A stretch of DNA of 64,000 nt, taken from Chamaesiphon sp. GTDB lineage: Bacteria; Cyanobacteriota; Cyanobacteriia; Cyanobacteriales; Chamaesiphonaceae. The translations under genes and the position numbers were made by a program. Below, piece by piece: positions 1 to 10,771 of the stretch. The stretch covers positions 103,255 to 167,254 of the forward strand of contig CBDFFH010000037.1 in the NCBI GenBank assembly GCA_965246715.1, written 5' to 3'. The notes under the pieces are model-generated. The model had not been told where the DNA came from and made no database searches. It saw only the letters and a program-made list of their open reading frames with translations. Numbering within the stretch: position 1 is the stretch's first letter; each line of letters starts with the position of its first letter.

Positions 1-1229
1 TCGGCATCCAAGTAGCGAATAATGCCGCTGGCGGCGTGCGATTAGAAACTACCGTGATGAATGGTTCTCGTTTACCCATCGCCAATTTCAATGTCGGTGA
101 AGTCGTCGATGCCGAAGCCAGCGATGGGATCGGCATCCGAGTCACCGCTGCTAACGATAACGGACGCTGGAAAGCCGATGCGGGCTTTGCCCGCAGTACC
201 TTTACGGCGGGAGGAACTAACGATCCGCAACTCACAGACGGTACCAATGCGGTAGCCCTCCAACCCGTAACTAAAAATGCTTGGTATGCCGAAACTAGCT
301 ACGACATTCTCAAGGATGTCAAACTAGATGATAAGCGCAATTTATCTCTCTCTGCCAATATCAAACTGGAACAGACAGATCCTCAATTTGGGACGCTCGG
401 CGCAACTGTCAATGCCGACAGGTTGCAAGCTCAGTATGACATCAATGCCACGATCGCGGGTGCTAATATTCAATTTCAGCATACTAACTCTGAAGATAAT
501 ATTGCTAATCTTCCCAATCTTTTAAAGACTAGAAATAATAGCGATACTATTAGCTTAAATGTACCGTTGCAGTCAGTTTTACAGAACAACAGCTCATTAC
601 TACCCACGATTTCCTACAGTTATCAACAAACCGCTCAGAATGGTTCGATTGTAGCTGCTGCGAATGGAGATTTTGCAGACCCATCCAAAATCCCCAGTCA
701 AATTAATAATACTCAAGAAATTGGACTGGGATGGAAATTTTCTGACGCATTATCATTCGATTATAAATTTAGTAATACTTTTCAGGACAATCGCCAACAG
801 GGACGCGAACAGGCTGACTTTCATAATATCAGTCATCAATTCTCAGTCGGTTGGCAACCCAGTCAACAACTAAGATTTAACTTAGGCTATAACTTTACCA
901 ATGCCCAAAATATCGAACGCCAAATTACGCGGTTTACCCAAAGTCCGACCTTTGGGGTAAGTTGGGAATTCGTCCCCGATGTCACATTAGCCATTAATTA
1001 CAATTTTAATAATGACTCTGATTCGATCGGCGAATCTTTGACTCGATCGAATGCTCTAGATTTACTCCTAACTTGGAATTTTAAAACTAATACTTTCGGT
1101 CGCGAAAATCCTGGTAGCGTCTTCCTCCGTTACAGCAATCAATCGAATCTTAATAGTAGTTCGATCGGCAATATCAACACCGATTCAACAATCAATACGA
1201 TCAGCACAGGCATGAGTCTAAGTTTTTAA
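1..1229 (+). CDS. Outer-membrane beta-barrel protein, C-terminal part (probably starts upstream of window)
   Basis: Amphipathic alternating beta-strands rich in N/S/T/Y and a C-terminal Phe (…GMSLSF). No signal peptide visible at the ORF start. Confidence 0.65.
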   Translation, partial: GIQVANNAAGGVRLETTVMNGSRLPIANFNVGEVVDAEASDGIGIRVTAANDNGRWKADAGFARSTFTAGGTNDPQLTDGTNAVALQPVTKNAWYAETSYDILKDVKLDDKRNLSLSANIKLEQTDPQFGTLGATVNADRLQAQYDINATIAGANIQFQHTNSEDNIANLPNLLKTRNNSDTISLNVPLQSVLQNNSSLLPTISYSYQQTAQNGSIVAAANGDFADPSKIPSQINNTQEIGLGWKFSDALSFDYKFSNTFQDNRQQGREQADFHNISHQFSVGWQPSQQLRFNLGYNFTNAQNIERQITRFTQSPTFGVSWEFVPDVTLAINYNFNNDSDSIGESLTRSNALDLLLTWNFKTNTFGRENPGSVFLRYSNQSNLNSSSIGNINTDSTINTISTGMSLSF

Positions 1230-1253
1230 ACACTATCCCCTATCCCCTAAACT

Positions 1254-2468
1254 ATGAAAACTAACCAAATCCTGACCAACTCCCTCACAATTTTAGCTCT
1301 AGGTTTAACCTTATTTTGCACGCAACCCGCTCAAGCTGCCGATGTTAGTCCCAGAGGGGTAAATGTCAAAAGTTTCGGCACGACTACGGTATTTCTCACC
1401 TATTTTGGATTAAATAACCAAACCCCCGTCGAAGCATTTTGGTGTGGCGAAATTAATGCCGATCGATCGTGTGTTTCTGGTACTGTATTTGGGAGATTAC
1501 CCCGCAGGTATAATATCGGTCGATCGAGTGGTCAAAATAACTATACCGATATTATGACTATTCCTGCTTCAGTGGCGCGTAAAGCCTATCAAGATGCGGC
1601 GCGGGGTAATAATTCCGATTTCTTCTACGTGCGCCGCTGGCGGAGTAATAACGGCGGCCCTGATGAATTTGTCGCCGTCACCTGTCGGTTATCTAGTGGT
1701 GGGGCGCGAGTACCCTTTAGTATTACCAGTGTCAAACTAGTTACTGGCGATAAACCCGCACCTGCGGTTTTTACCGGATCGACTTTACCTCCGTTTGGTG
1801 CCCAAATTAGCTACAACGGTACGGGTAGATTAAAAGGTAGATGGGAAGTAGTATTACCTGGCGATCCGCCCCCAACTGGGCGAGATTTATTAACAGAGGC
1901 AAGTTTGCCGCTTGAAGAACGGGGTTTGCAACGACGTTATACCCAATTAGAACGGTTCGATGTATTCTTGCAGCCAACTGGGCAAGTCTTGTTACCTGGC
2001 CCCGATCCGACGAAATTTCCTAAAGGCTCGACTGGTGCTTATCAGATTTTATTACGGATCGAAGCAACCGACGATAAAGAAGGCGATTCTAGTATCGGTA
2101 CGGGGATAGTTAATAGTGGTGGAGTTGCTGGTTTTCCGATGCCTGTATTCCGTTATTTTATGACTGCTAATTCAGATAAACTTACCCCGATCGAACCCTT
2201 AGCTAATAGTCAAATTACGATCGGGCAAACTCTTCGATTTAGCTGGCAGGGGATTAGTACTGCGCGAGGTTATAAGTTAGAAATCAAGGATAAAGATCGC
2301 GTAATTTTATCAGCTTTATTATCAGCAGAACGCACTACTTATACCGCACCGCCTTGGCTCAAACAGAAGACAAATAAGTCATTGACTTGGCGCGTCCAGG
2401 CTCTCGATCGTGATGGTTCGATTTTAACTCAATCCGTTCCTCAACAGTTTCAAATTTTAGGAAAATGA
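1254..2468 (+). CDS. Secreted hypothetical protein with C-terminal Ig/Fn3-like domain
   Basis: Signal peptide (…PAQA|ADV). C-terminal FSWQ…YKLEI…WRVQALD pattern. Confidence 0.65.
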   Translation: MKTNQILTNSLTILALGLTLFCTQPAQAADVSPRGVNVKSFGTTTVFLTYFGLNNQTPVEAFWCGEINADRSCVSGTVFGRLPRRYNIGRSSGQNNYTDIMTIPASVARKAYQDAARGNNSDFFYVRRWRSNNGGPDEFVAVTCRLSSGGARVPFSITSVKLVTGDKPAPAVFTGSTLPPFGAQISYNGTGRLKGRWEVVLPGDPPPTGRDLLTEASLPLEERGLQRRYTQLERFDVFLQPTGQVLLPGPDPTKFPKGSTGAYQILLRIEATDDKEGDSSIGTGIVNSGGVAGFPMPVFRYFMTANSDKLTPIEPLANSQITIGQTLRFSWQGISTARGYKLEIKDKDRVILSALLSAERTTYTAPPWLKQKTNKSLTWRVQALDRDGSILTQSVPQQFQILGK

Positions 2469-3382
2469 AGCAGATAACTCAACTCAAACCTAACAGCATT
2501 GGCTTAATAGCAGCACTATTCGCTGCGGCTACTTGGGGAATGGTAGGCATCTTCGTCCGTTGGCTGCCCGGATGGTCTGCTTTTGCCGTCCTTTCAAGTC
2601 GCTTTCTCGTCGCTACGGCGGTGATGTTACCGATCGTTTTACTAACGCCAAGTATCCGAGCCGATTTTACTCGATCCCTTCGCATTGCGCCGATCTGGTG
2701 GCTGAGTTCGCTGGCGATCGGCTCTTCCTTTCTGGGCACTACTGCATTTCAGATGGCTCCTGTGGGTGAAGTTACATTATTATTTACGACTTCACCCTTG
2801 TTTATTATTGCCTACAAATATGTCATGCGCTTAGATATTAAACGAGGTGAGGGCTGGGGTATTTTAATAGCAACAACTGGAGTAATTATTATTCTACTGC
2901 CTCAGTTATCTGGCGATCGAGCCATCTCTTGGCAAACAATATTAGGCTACCTGTTAGCGTTAGGCGCGGCTGCTATGGTCACACTTTACACGGTTTTATT
3001 TGATACTTTTGCCAATCGAGGCATTGCGCCCAAATCGATAAATATTGTATTTATGACTTGTTTGCTGGGCGGTGTTTTATTTCTGTTGTGTACGATTTTA
3101 TTCACTAATCTATCGCTAGAAACTAGTATCGATAGACAGGAAATCCTTGTATTGTTAGGGTTAGGAATCTTTTCTACGGCTTTGCCATTTTTTTGTTACA
3201 CAGTGGCAGCTCAAAAGTTACCGCTCGTCCTGGCAACGTCAATATTGCTACTAGAACCAATGTTTGCAGTGTTATTTGCATCGATCGCTTTACGAGAAAT
3301 TCCCTCACTGTGGTTTGGGATCGGCAGCATTCTGGTTTTCTGGGGATGGCGATCGATTGCTAGAACCGCCAATTCCTCATGA
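2465..3382 (+). CDS. EamA/DMT family transporter
   Basis: About 10 hydrophobic segments, N-terminal WG motif, LLLEP motif. Confidence 0.85.
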   Translation: MKQITQLKPNSIGLIAALFAAATWGMVGIFVRWLPGWSAFAVLSSRFLVATAVMLPIVLLTPSIRADFTRSLRIAPIWWLSSLAIGSSFLGTTAFQMAPVGEVTLLFTTSPLFIIAYKYVMRLDIKRGEGWGILIATTGVIIILLPQLSGDRAISWQTILGYLLALGAAAMVTLYTVLFDTFANRGIAPKSINIVFMTCLLGGVLFLLCTILFTNLSLETSIDRQEILVLLGLGIFSTALPFFCYTVAAQKLPLVLATSILLLEPMFAVLFASIALREIPSLWFGIGSILVFWGWRSIARTANSS

Positions 3383-3484
3383 GTTCCTGGATGAATTTGA
3401 ATCTCATTTTAGTACTTCGTAGATTGAGACTAAATCTGCAATTCTAAGCCAATAAATTCTCAACCTAATTTTAAGACTTTTGCC

Positions 3485-4981
3485 ATGAAATCGATACCGT
3501 TGCTCGCCAAGCTCCAAACTTTTTTGTCCGAACCTTTAGAAGTGAAGCTACAGCGATCGATCGCCACTGATTTAGAGGCGCACGTACTAGAGCTGTTTCA
3601 TACTGTCGTCGATTCGGTACCAGCTTATCGACAGTTCCTGCAAGTGCAAGGCATCGATCCCGCCTCGATTCAGACGCTCGCGGCATTTCAACAGTTACCG
3701 TTGGTCACTAAAGCCAATTACATCAAGCAATATCCGCTCGCCGAAATTTGTCGGGCTGGTAATTTATCGACTTGCGACATGCTGGCGGTATCTTCTGGCT
3801 CTACTGGCGAACCCACCTGCTGGCCGCGCCAGATTAGCGATGAGTTAGAGATTGCCACCAGATTTGAGTATATCTTTCGCGAAAGCTTTCAAGCCGATCG
3901 GCGTTCCACTTTAGCGGTGATTTGCTTTGCTTTGGGGACTTGGGTGGGGGGTATGTATACCGCCGCTTGTTGTCGGTGGTTGGCGACTAAGGGGTATCAG
4001 ATCGCGGTAATTACGCCAGGAAACAATAAGACCGAAATTCTCCGCGTCGTGCAGGCATTGGGTGGGCAGTTTGAGCAAATAGTATTGCTGGGCTATCCAC
4101 CTTTTTTGAAAGATGTGGTGGATACTGGCATTCAACAAGGCGTGCGATGGTCGGATTACGCCATCAAATTGGTGATGGCGGGGGAAGTTTTTAGCGAAGA
4201 ATGGCGATCGTTAGTGGGACAACGGCTCGGTTCGATCGATTATTGCTATGATTCGGCATCTTTATTTGGGACTGCTGATGCGGGGGTGTTGGGGCATGAA
4301 ACCCCGTTATCGATTTGTATTCGGCGGTTTCTAGCTACTCATCCAGATGCCGCTCGGCAATTGTTTGGCGAATCCCGCCTCCCGACGCTGGTGCAGTACG
4401 ATCCGACCAGCCGCTTTTTTGAAGTTCATGAGGGTACGCTATTATTTTCTGGCGATAATGGGGTGCCACTGATTCGCTATCATATCGCCGACACTGGGGG
4501 CATTATTAGCTATGCAACGATGCTCCAGTTCCTCCAAGACTGGGGTTTTGACCCGTTGGCAGTGCTAGAAACAGATCGAGGTGTCCATGCCTTGCCCTTT
4601 GTGTATGTGTTTGGTCGATCTCAATTTGCAATTTCTTACTTTGGTGCGAACCTCTACCCTGAAAATATTGCGGTTGGTTTAGAACAACCCGCGATCCAAG
4701 ATTGGGTGACTGGCAAGTTTGTGATGCAAATAATTGAAGATGAGGATGGCCATCGATTCTTGTCAGTTCTGGTGGAATTGGCTCTTGGGGTCGAGCCAGA
4801 TCGTGACAATGCTCAGAGAATCTCCCGATCGATCTTGGAACAGTTACGGCGGCTAAATAGCGAGTTTGCCAACTATGTCCCGACTGAATATCAACAGCCG
4901 CAGATAACTCTCAAACCAATGGGCGATCCCGACTTTTTCCCTGTCGGTGTCAAACATAGCTACACTCGGTTGAGTCTTTAA
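3485..4981 (+). CDS. Phenylacetate-CoA ligase family (PaaK-like) protein
   Basis: SSGSTGEP P-loop and PLIRYHIAD motif. Confidence 0.85.
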   Translation: MKSIPLLAKLQTFLSEPLEVKLQRSIATDLEAHVLELFHTVVDSVPAYRQFLQVQGIDPASIQTLAAFQQLPLVTKANYIKQYPLAEICRAGNLSTCDMLAVSSGSTGEPTCWPRQISDELEIATRFEYIFRESFQADRRSTLAVICFALGTWVGGMYTAACCRWLATKGYQIAVITPGNNKTEILRVVQALGGQFEQIVLLGYPPFLKDVVDTGIQQGVRWSDYAIKLVMAGEVFSEEWRSLVGQRLGSIDYCYDSASLFGTADAGVLGHETPLSICIRRFLATHPDAARQLFGESRLPTLVQYDPTSRFFEVHEGTLLFSGDNGVPLIRYHIADTGGIISYATMLQFLQDWGFDPLAVLETDRGVHALPFVYVFGRSQFAISYFGANLYPENIAVGLEQPAIQDWVTGKFVMQIIEDEDGHRFLSVLVELALGVEPDRDNAQRISRSILEQLRRLNSEFANYVPTEYQQPQITLKPMGDPDFFPVGVKHSYTRLSL

Positions 4982-5127
4982 AATTATTGAATTATCTCAA
5001 TGACCCGACCCCGAAAAGTTTCCATTCCCGATCGAACCATCAACTTCAACTGGTCGAACAAATGCTTAATATTCAACACTTCACCTTTGATATCTCAATT
5101 TTGTTGTTAGCGATCGCGTTGATTATA

Positions 5128-5800
5128 AGTAGGTAAGGACAATTAAATATAAAATAGTATTCTTAATACAAGATGTGAAGCTATGCCAGCCCAGGTAAGG
5201 ATTATCTTAACAGGAGAAAATCGAACACTCAGAGAACTGCGCCAAGCTCAAACAGTCCCACAACGGGTCAGAGAACGTGCTCATATCTTGCAATTGAATG
5301 CTCAAGGGCGCAGCACAGCCGAGATTGCCAAAACGACTTGAACAACCGCTCAAATCCGATGGTAAGCGGATTAGCATTCTCGGACTATGGCAGCCAGGAG
5401 AACAGTTTGAATATGCATTGGCACAAGGCGGCTTTAATAGTCAAAGCTACATTAAAGTCATGGATTGGGTTGCCAACAAAGCGGCGACTACTCTAGCATT
5501 AACAGGTCGATTAACTGTTATGGTACAAGATCATGGCTCTTTACATAATAGTAAAATTGTCCGCCAACAATTTACCAGATCGCAGGAGCAAGGGCTATCA
5601 ATCTTCTTTTTACCCCCTTACTGTTCAGAAATGAATCCAATTGAGGGTCAATGGCATCAACTCAAAAATCATGAGTTGACTGGACGAATATTTGATAATC
5701 AGTATGACTTGGCTGTCGTCGTGATGGATGGAATGAAGGCTCGTGGCGATCGACATAACTACACTCTCGATCGTTTTATATTTAATTCCACTTAGCTACT
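5128..5800 (+). mobile_element. IS630-family element, internally deleted
   Basis: Imperfect TIRs AGTAGGTAAGGACAATTAAATATAAAA / TTTTATATTTAATTCCACTTAGCTACT, flanked by TA on both sides. HTH N-terminal fragment plus DDE_3 C-terminus (FLPPYCSEMNPIE). Confidence 0.9.
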
Positions 5801-6163
5801 TACATACGATCTCCGAAGTCTGGATTCCTGCATATCAAAAAGTCCAACCAGACTGGCGGTCGGTCGTTTTAGATCGTGCGCTTTTCTTGGATAATTTGCC
5901 TATTTTTATCTTATCGATTGATCTGTCATGTATAATTATTGGCTCGGATCTAACAGCATCGGCACAATTTATGAACTGCCTCTATTGAACCCACATTCCG
6001 CTAGTTCAGGTAAGCAAAAAACAATTAAAACGAGGCAACAGGGATCGTAGCAATTTCTTCTTGATTAATTCTCAATAAGCAAAGGTTAATGATAATAATC
6101 GAGCGAGTTTTAACAACAGATCGGTCGCACAGAAGTGTTGCTAAAAAACACTCACGACTCTCA

Positions 6164-6532
6164 CTATTCACGGACTCGATCTGGAAAAGATATCTCCAAC
6201 ACTACACAACCAATATCGGTTGTGAATGGCCCGTGAATCTCTCCAGGTGGTCTACTGGCATAATGTCCGGTTTCTAGCCACATATCAAAGGCTAGATCGT
6301 AAAGACGACCGCTGATAATCAAAATCTCTTCAGGATAGTCGTGACTTTTCGCACCGAAACTAGTCGTATCGGTACCAGGATAAAACCGAGTTAAGCGGGT
6401 GTATTCACCAGTTTCAACATCGATGCTCAGAGTCAGTTCTTCTACCATTTCTTCAAGCCCTGCGCTCGATTTCCACAGGGTTTTATTTGCTTGATGTAAT
6501 GGGTTCCAATACTCGATCGTCGATTTTGGCAT
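6164..6532 (-). CDS. Cupin (ChrR-like) domain protein
   Basis: HDYPEE…SG and RPPGEIHGP cupin motifs. Confidence 0.8.
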   Translation of the reverse strand: MPKSTIEYWNPLHQANKTLWKSSAGLEEMVEELTLSIDVETGEYTRLTRFYPGTDTTSFGAKSHDYPEEILIISGRLYDLAFDMWLETGHYASRPPGEIHGPFTTDIGCVVLEISFPDRVRE

Positions 6533-6549
6533 ATCACCTCATTTTAATA

Positions 6550-6930
6550 TCAGCGTGGCGGAATTTCACTAGTGTGACCTGCGATAATTTGGATCGAGCC
6601 ACTAGCAGAGATCGCCCAAACACGGGTAAATCGAATATTTTGTTCGACTGGAATACCTTCATAACTGCCTAATATGTGCATCAAAACAGAAACAACTGCA
6701 AACCCACCCTTGAGTTGAATCTGTCGATCTGATGGTGTAATTTCGGTAAACTTAAATTTCCCAGAACGGTGAGCATCAAGATCTTCCTGTTTACTAAAAA
6801 TTTGTCCCAGATGATTTGTAAACAGCAGTTCGGGTGCGATTAAATCATCTAGTTCGGCAACATCAGAATGCAGCATTGCTTGTCTGAGTCGCTCTTCTAG
6901 TTCGATGATTTGAGCTTGAGTAACTATCAT
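6550..6930 (-). CDS. NTF2-like DUF4440 protein
   Basis: AMLHSDVAELDDL…RFTRVW…IIAGH pattern. Confidence 0.85.
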   Translation of the reverse strand: MIVTQAQIIELEERLRQAMLHSDVAELDDLIAPELLFTNHLGQIFSKQEDLDAHRSGKFKFTEITPSDRQIQLKGGFAVVSVLMHILGSYEGIPVEQNIRFTRVWAISASGSIQIIAGHTSEIPPR

Positions 6931-7323
6931 AATTTGCTCCCATTGTTTCCGAAATAGTATTTTGTTAGAGAGGTAGCATTTTACTTTTGGTTATATGCTC
7001 GATCTTAATAATTGTACATTCCATAGATATTTGTCCACATTCCATAATTGCTGTCCCGTCATAAATAAGAGCTGAAAAGCATTTCAGCAAAAGATTGTAG
7101 CGATTTATATTAACTTGTCTATCTTCCTGGAAAATTAAATAGATATTTGCCTTTTTCTAAAAAGCGATCGAAAAGTTTTAGCATCGATCGATGCCTTTCG
7201 CTACCAGATTAACTGCTAGCAAACCCGAACAAATTTGGTAAAATATCGCAGTGCCTCGATCGAGGCTCTTTGAGCCGCTCGATCCGAGAAAAATGGGTGA
7301 ATTTGACCATCTAAGAGTGGTAC

Positions 7324-7427
7324 CAATACGGTTCGGTTAAAGGAATATTTGGTTGAGTTTTAGTCCGCGTAGGCGGACTTTGCATCATTAGCCCCGATTT
7401 TAATCGGTGGCTAACCGAACCGTATTG
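7324..7427. mobile_element. 104-bp MITE carrying a REP-like hairpin
   Basis: 16-bp TIRs CAATACGGTTCGGTTA / TAACCGAACCGTATTG with a 10-bp direct repeat AGAGTGGTAC at 7314-7323 and 7428-7437. Confidence 0.9.
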
Positions 7428-7439
7428 AGAGTGGTACTG

Positions 7440-7825
7440 CTTTCCGACCCTGTTACTCTGTCCGCCCTTGATGCTGCTTCTCATGGACTTGCAAAAGCTT
7501 GTTGGTGAGAAGGAAAAGTCATATCATAAAGTCTCTTGAAAGCTGCTGTTTGAGTTCGCTTGAGGCTTTGGTGATATCTGTCGGTCTGACTGCTTCATGG
7601 GCTTCCTGAGCGTCTTTGGAACTGCGCTGTTTGGCAACTTTTGTCGGTACGTTATCTTTATCGTGGGACATAATGCACCATCCCCATCGTTAGCGAGTTG
7701 GCGAATATGCCCGATAGCGAAGCGCTGCCTTGGCATGTCGATGCCTTGACATCCCAGTCGGAGCCGAGGATACTCCTAAGCTTTTTGATTTTGCCAGCAG
7801 ATTCAACAATCAACAGATTTCGCAT
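7440..7825 (-). pseudogene. topA: DNA topoisomerase I remnant (frameshifted, large internal deletion)
   Basis: Toprim start MRNLLIVESAGK, then GHIRQL in another frame, then AQEAHEAVRPT in a further frame. Confidence 0.8.
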
Positions 7826-7958
7826 AAATTTAGGTGAACTGAGGATTTGGCTAAACGAGCGATCTTCACTCGATCGTTCGATCCACAATCATATAATTAT
7901 TATGGTTCCCGATCGATTCGAGCAATTTATGTAGTAATTTAGCTGCAAGTATATTCCT

Positions 7959-8357
7959 TCAAGCAATTGTAAAAATCTTATTTAAACCATCAAAAGTAAT
8001 TACGTGACGGTTAAGAACATTCCTGCCTATAATTGCTTCACCGTTAAGAATCCGATCTGGAACCGCGAATACTTTATTTTTAACAAAGGTACTATTATCG
8101 AAACTCAATTTCAGAAAGAAGGGAACTCCAACAACTACTTCCCCCAGCAGTTTGAAGGTGGAAGGCTCTGTTCTAATAGATCTTGCTTTAATGCTCGATA
8201 CCAGTGACATCGACACGACAGTTACATCAGATCCGGTGTCTAATATTCCACAATCATTAGCAGCCGTTCTTTCAGGCTCTTCAAAATTAACAAAATAAAT
8301 TATAGTAGCTGGGATTGCGGGTTTATCACCAATTTCAATATAGGAAAAACTAGGCAT
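7959..8357 (-). CDS. Retropepsin-like aspartyl protease
   Basis: LDTGS catalytic motif and IIGRNVL motif. Confidence 0.85.
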   Translation of the reverse strand: MPSFSYIEIGDKPAIPATIIYFVNFEEPERTAANDCGILDTGSDVTVVSMSLVSSIKARSIRTEPSTFKLLGEVVVGVPFFLKLSFDNSTFVKNKVFAVPDRILNGEAIIGRNVLNRHVITFDGLNKIFTIA

Positions 8358-8515
8358 TAACTTCTCGATTAGGAACGAAAGTACAGAGAATTCCTTCTCT
8401 ATCCTTAAAAAAGTCAGTTTCGGATATCCGATCTAACAAAGTATCTTCACTGAGATCGGCATCGATTACCCGTCCATCTTCAAATATGATAAATTGTCCA
8501 CTGTATCGATCGATC
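8350..8515 (-). pseudogene. DUF5678-like small protein, 5'-truncated (usual partner of the aspartyl protease)
   Basis: Frame reads DRYSGQFIIFEDGRVIDAD…EVNA* and overlaps the protease start. No in-frame start codon. Confidence 0.6.
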
Positions 8516-8825
8516 GAGGAAAATATTCAGCTAGAAAATCAGGATTTAAACGATCCATTAGTTCGATCGAGATTTTACAATCAAATGAAATTGAGTGCGG
8601 GCAGATTCAGCAAGCTTATCAAAACACACTATTGCACTGGTCTGTGAGAGTCGATCGAAATGTGGATGATCTTCGATCGATAGTAACTGAACTCAATAAA
8701 ATTCCTCAAGGATCTTTTCAGTATTCTGCACTAGATGAATTCATTGCCAATTTTTTCAAAGAAACAGCCGATCCTGTTATAATTGCAGCTTTAACTCAAT
8801 GGGAAAGAGAATACTGTCAGAATAT

Positions 8826-10566
8826 CGATAAGGCTGATTAGCAGTGATGAGCAAACTTTTGCGCTCATAGCGATGAGCAATTAACTCAAACAGCACCGAA
8901 GTTTCCGCCTCAGACTTCTTGACATAGCCCAGATCGTCAAGCACCAGCAAATCAAAACGATCTAGCTTCCTGAGTAAAGCTGGAAGTTGTAATTGCAGTT
9001 TCGCGTGCTGCAACTCTTGAACTAAAGCATTAGCAGCAAAGAACTTAGCCCGCTTACCCAACTCCACCATTCGACGAGTCAAACCAGCAGCCAGATGAGT
9101 TTTCCCCACCCCAGATGGCCCAAACATCAGACAATTTCCAGCTCGCTCCAGCCAAGTAGTATCTTCAGCCAACTGCATCAGTGGTGCAGGATTGAAGTTA
9201 GGACAATGGGTAAAATCAAAGTTGGAAAAACTTTTTGCGCTGGGAAGTTGAGCCTCGACCAGTGCTCGTTGTAGCCGCAGATCGTTGCGGCGTTGTGTCT
9301 CTTGTTCGCATAATGCCAGTAAGAATTTGGCATAAGACCATTGCCTCTGCTTGGTGCAACGCACGCTGAGGAGACCTCAGCGCGATTGCATCCGCTGCAT
9401 AGCTTGGTGTTCGATAGATTCCCAGTGCGCGAGCATGTGAGTCAATCGGAGCTGTTTGAGGTGGAGCATCAGGTGCTGGTGAGGACTCAGGGCTGTCGTT
9501 GAGGGCACTGGTGCGCTCGGATATTTCAGCGATATACGCTGCGTTGGCTTGCGTTAAGCCAATTTCTCTTGCGTTCATATACGCTCTTGTTTGGTATAAA
9601 TGGATAGCTTTTGTTGACACTAGATTTTTTCTCTTTGCTGGGAGATTTTCTAGTGTCTTTCTTTTTGGCTAGCTAACGATCTATTTCTCTCTTCTCGATC
9701 TGCGACCCGACAAGACTGTCATTTCACCCGCCAATGTCAGGTTCTTCCGAGCTTTTGGTGAAACTGGCTCTAACCGCAGCGTAGTCCACAAACAGGCCCT
9801 CAGCAAACTGCACAAAGGGTTTGAGCGAACTTTTAAGAGCCTTCATCAACCAACGATCGAAAATATCTGCTTTCCGGTCTGCAAGAAGGGCAATCGGTTG
9901 ATTGAGTTCTAAATCGACTAAGATTGTGCCGTATCGCTGACCTTTACAAAAAGCAAAATCATCAACTCCCAGAATTCTGGGTACTGCAAATTTAGGCAAT
10001 GATAGCTTTTTGAGGTGATTCAAGAGCGTACTTCCACAAGTCACAATCCCGATTTGATGACACAGCCGAGCACCTGCTGCGCCACAATCATGCTAATCCA
10101 ATCTTCTGTAGCCGATCGCTTAATCTCCCTGTCTTTCTTGCCCAAGGTACGGTCACTTCAGGTATCCGCTCTGTGAACACCCGCCGAATGCAGTCTGAAT
10201 TATCACAAAAGAACTTACACACTTGCATTACTAAGGTCAAACTGTAGTTGACACAGGGCAAGTCTAAGAGCGTTCGTTCGTAACGGCTATGGATACGTGT
10301 AGTTGGATTAGCACACAACGGGCAGTGGACTAATGTTTGGGTTGAGGATACATTCAAAGTGAGGTGATGCTGGTCTGTGTCGATTTCCTCGTGTTCCAAC
10401 CGCAGCAGGTTGAAACCAGGGAGTAGGCATTGGAGAAATTGTGTGGTCATCTTACTCACAGCATAATCTCTTTTCTAGAATTCGCTCGTTGGTGAAACCT
10501 CTCCCCTGGAGAATCGTCCAGTTTCACCAAAAGCTCGGAAGAACCCAATGTCATTGTCGTCTAACA
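8826..10566 (-). mobile_element. istB: IS21-family remnant (collapsed istA, truncated istB), interrupted by ISL3
   Basis: IstB Walker A GPSGVGKT and Walker B LLVLDDLG. IstA N-terminus MSTKAIHLYQ fused to a C-terminal piece. TG-starting end at 10566 on the minus strand. Confidence 0.8.
9740..10545 (-). mobile_element. ISL3-family element, internally deleted
   Basis: 28-bp perfect TIR GGTTCTTCCGAGCTTTTGGTGAAACTGG and 8-bp TSD CAATGTCA. zf-ISL3 motif (CPLC…C…C) and GVDDFA motif, with an in-frame stop. Confidence 0.92.
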
Positions 10567-10771
10567 GATCGCGATCGCCAGGTGTGTAATGCAAGGGTAG
10601 ATCGCTAAACCAAGAAATCAGTTTGTTCGATATAACTTTTTACCTCTTGTAAACAACTGAAAGAAATACTAACATTAATTGTAGGAAGAGGAACTGTAAC
10701 TAGAGGTCTAGAATTATTGGACAAGCTCGAGCGAATGACAGATTGATTAGTAGGGCAATCGCATAACCTTT

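Noticed and set aside
5803..5990. Possible GNAT-like gene fragment beside IS630
   Set aside because: Too short and frameshifted to support a call.
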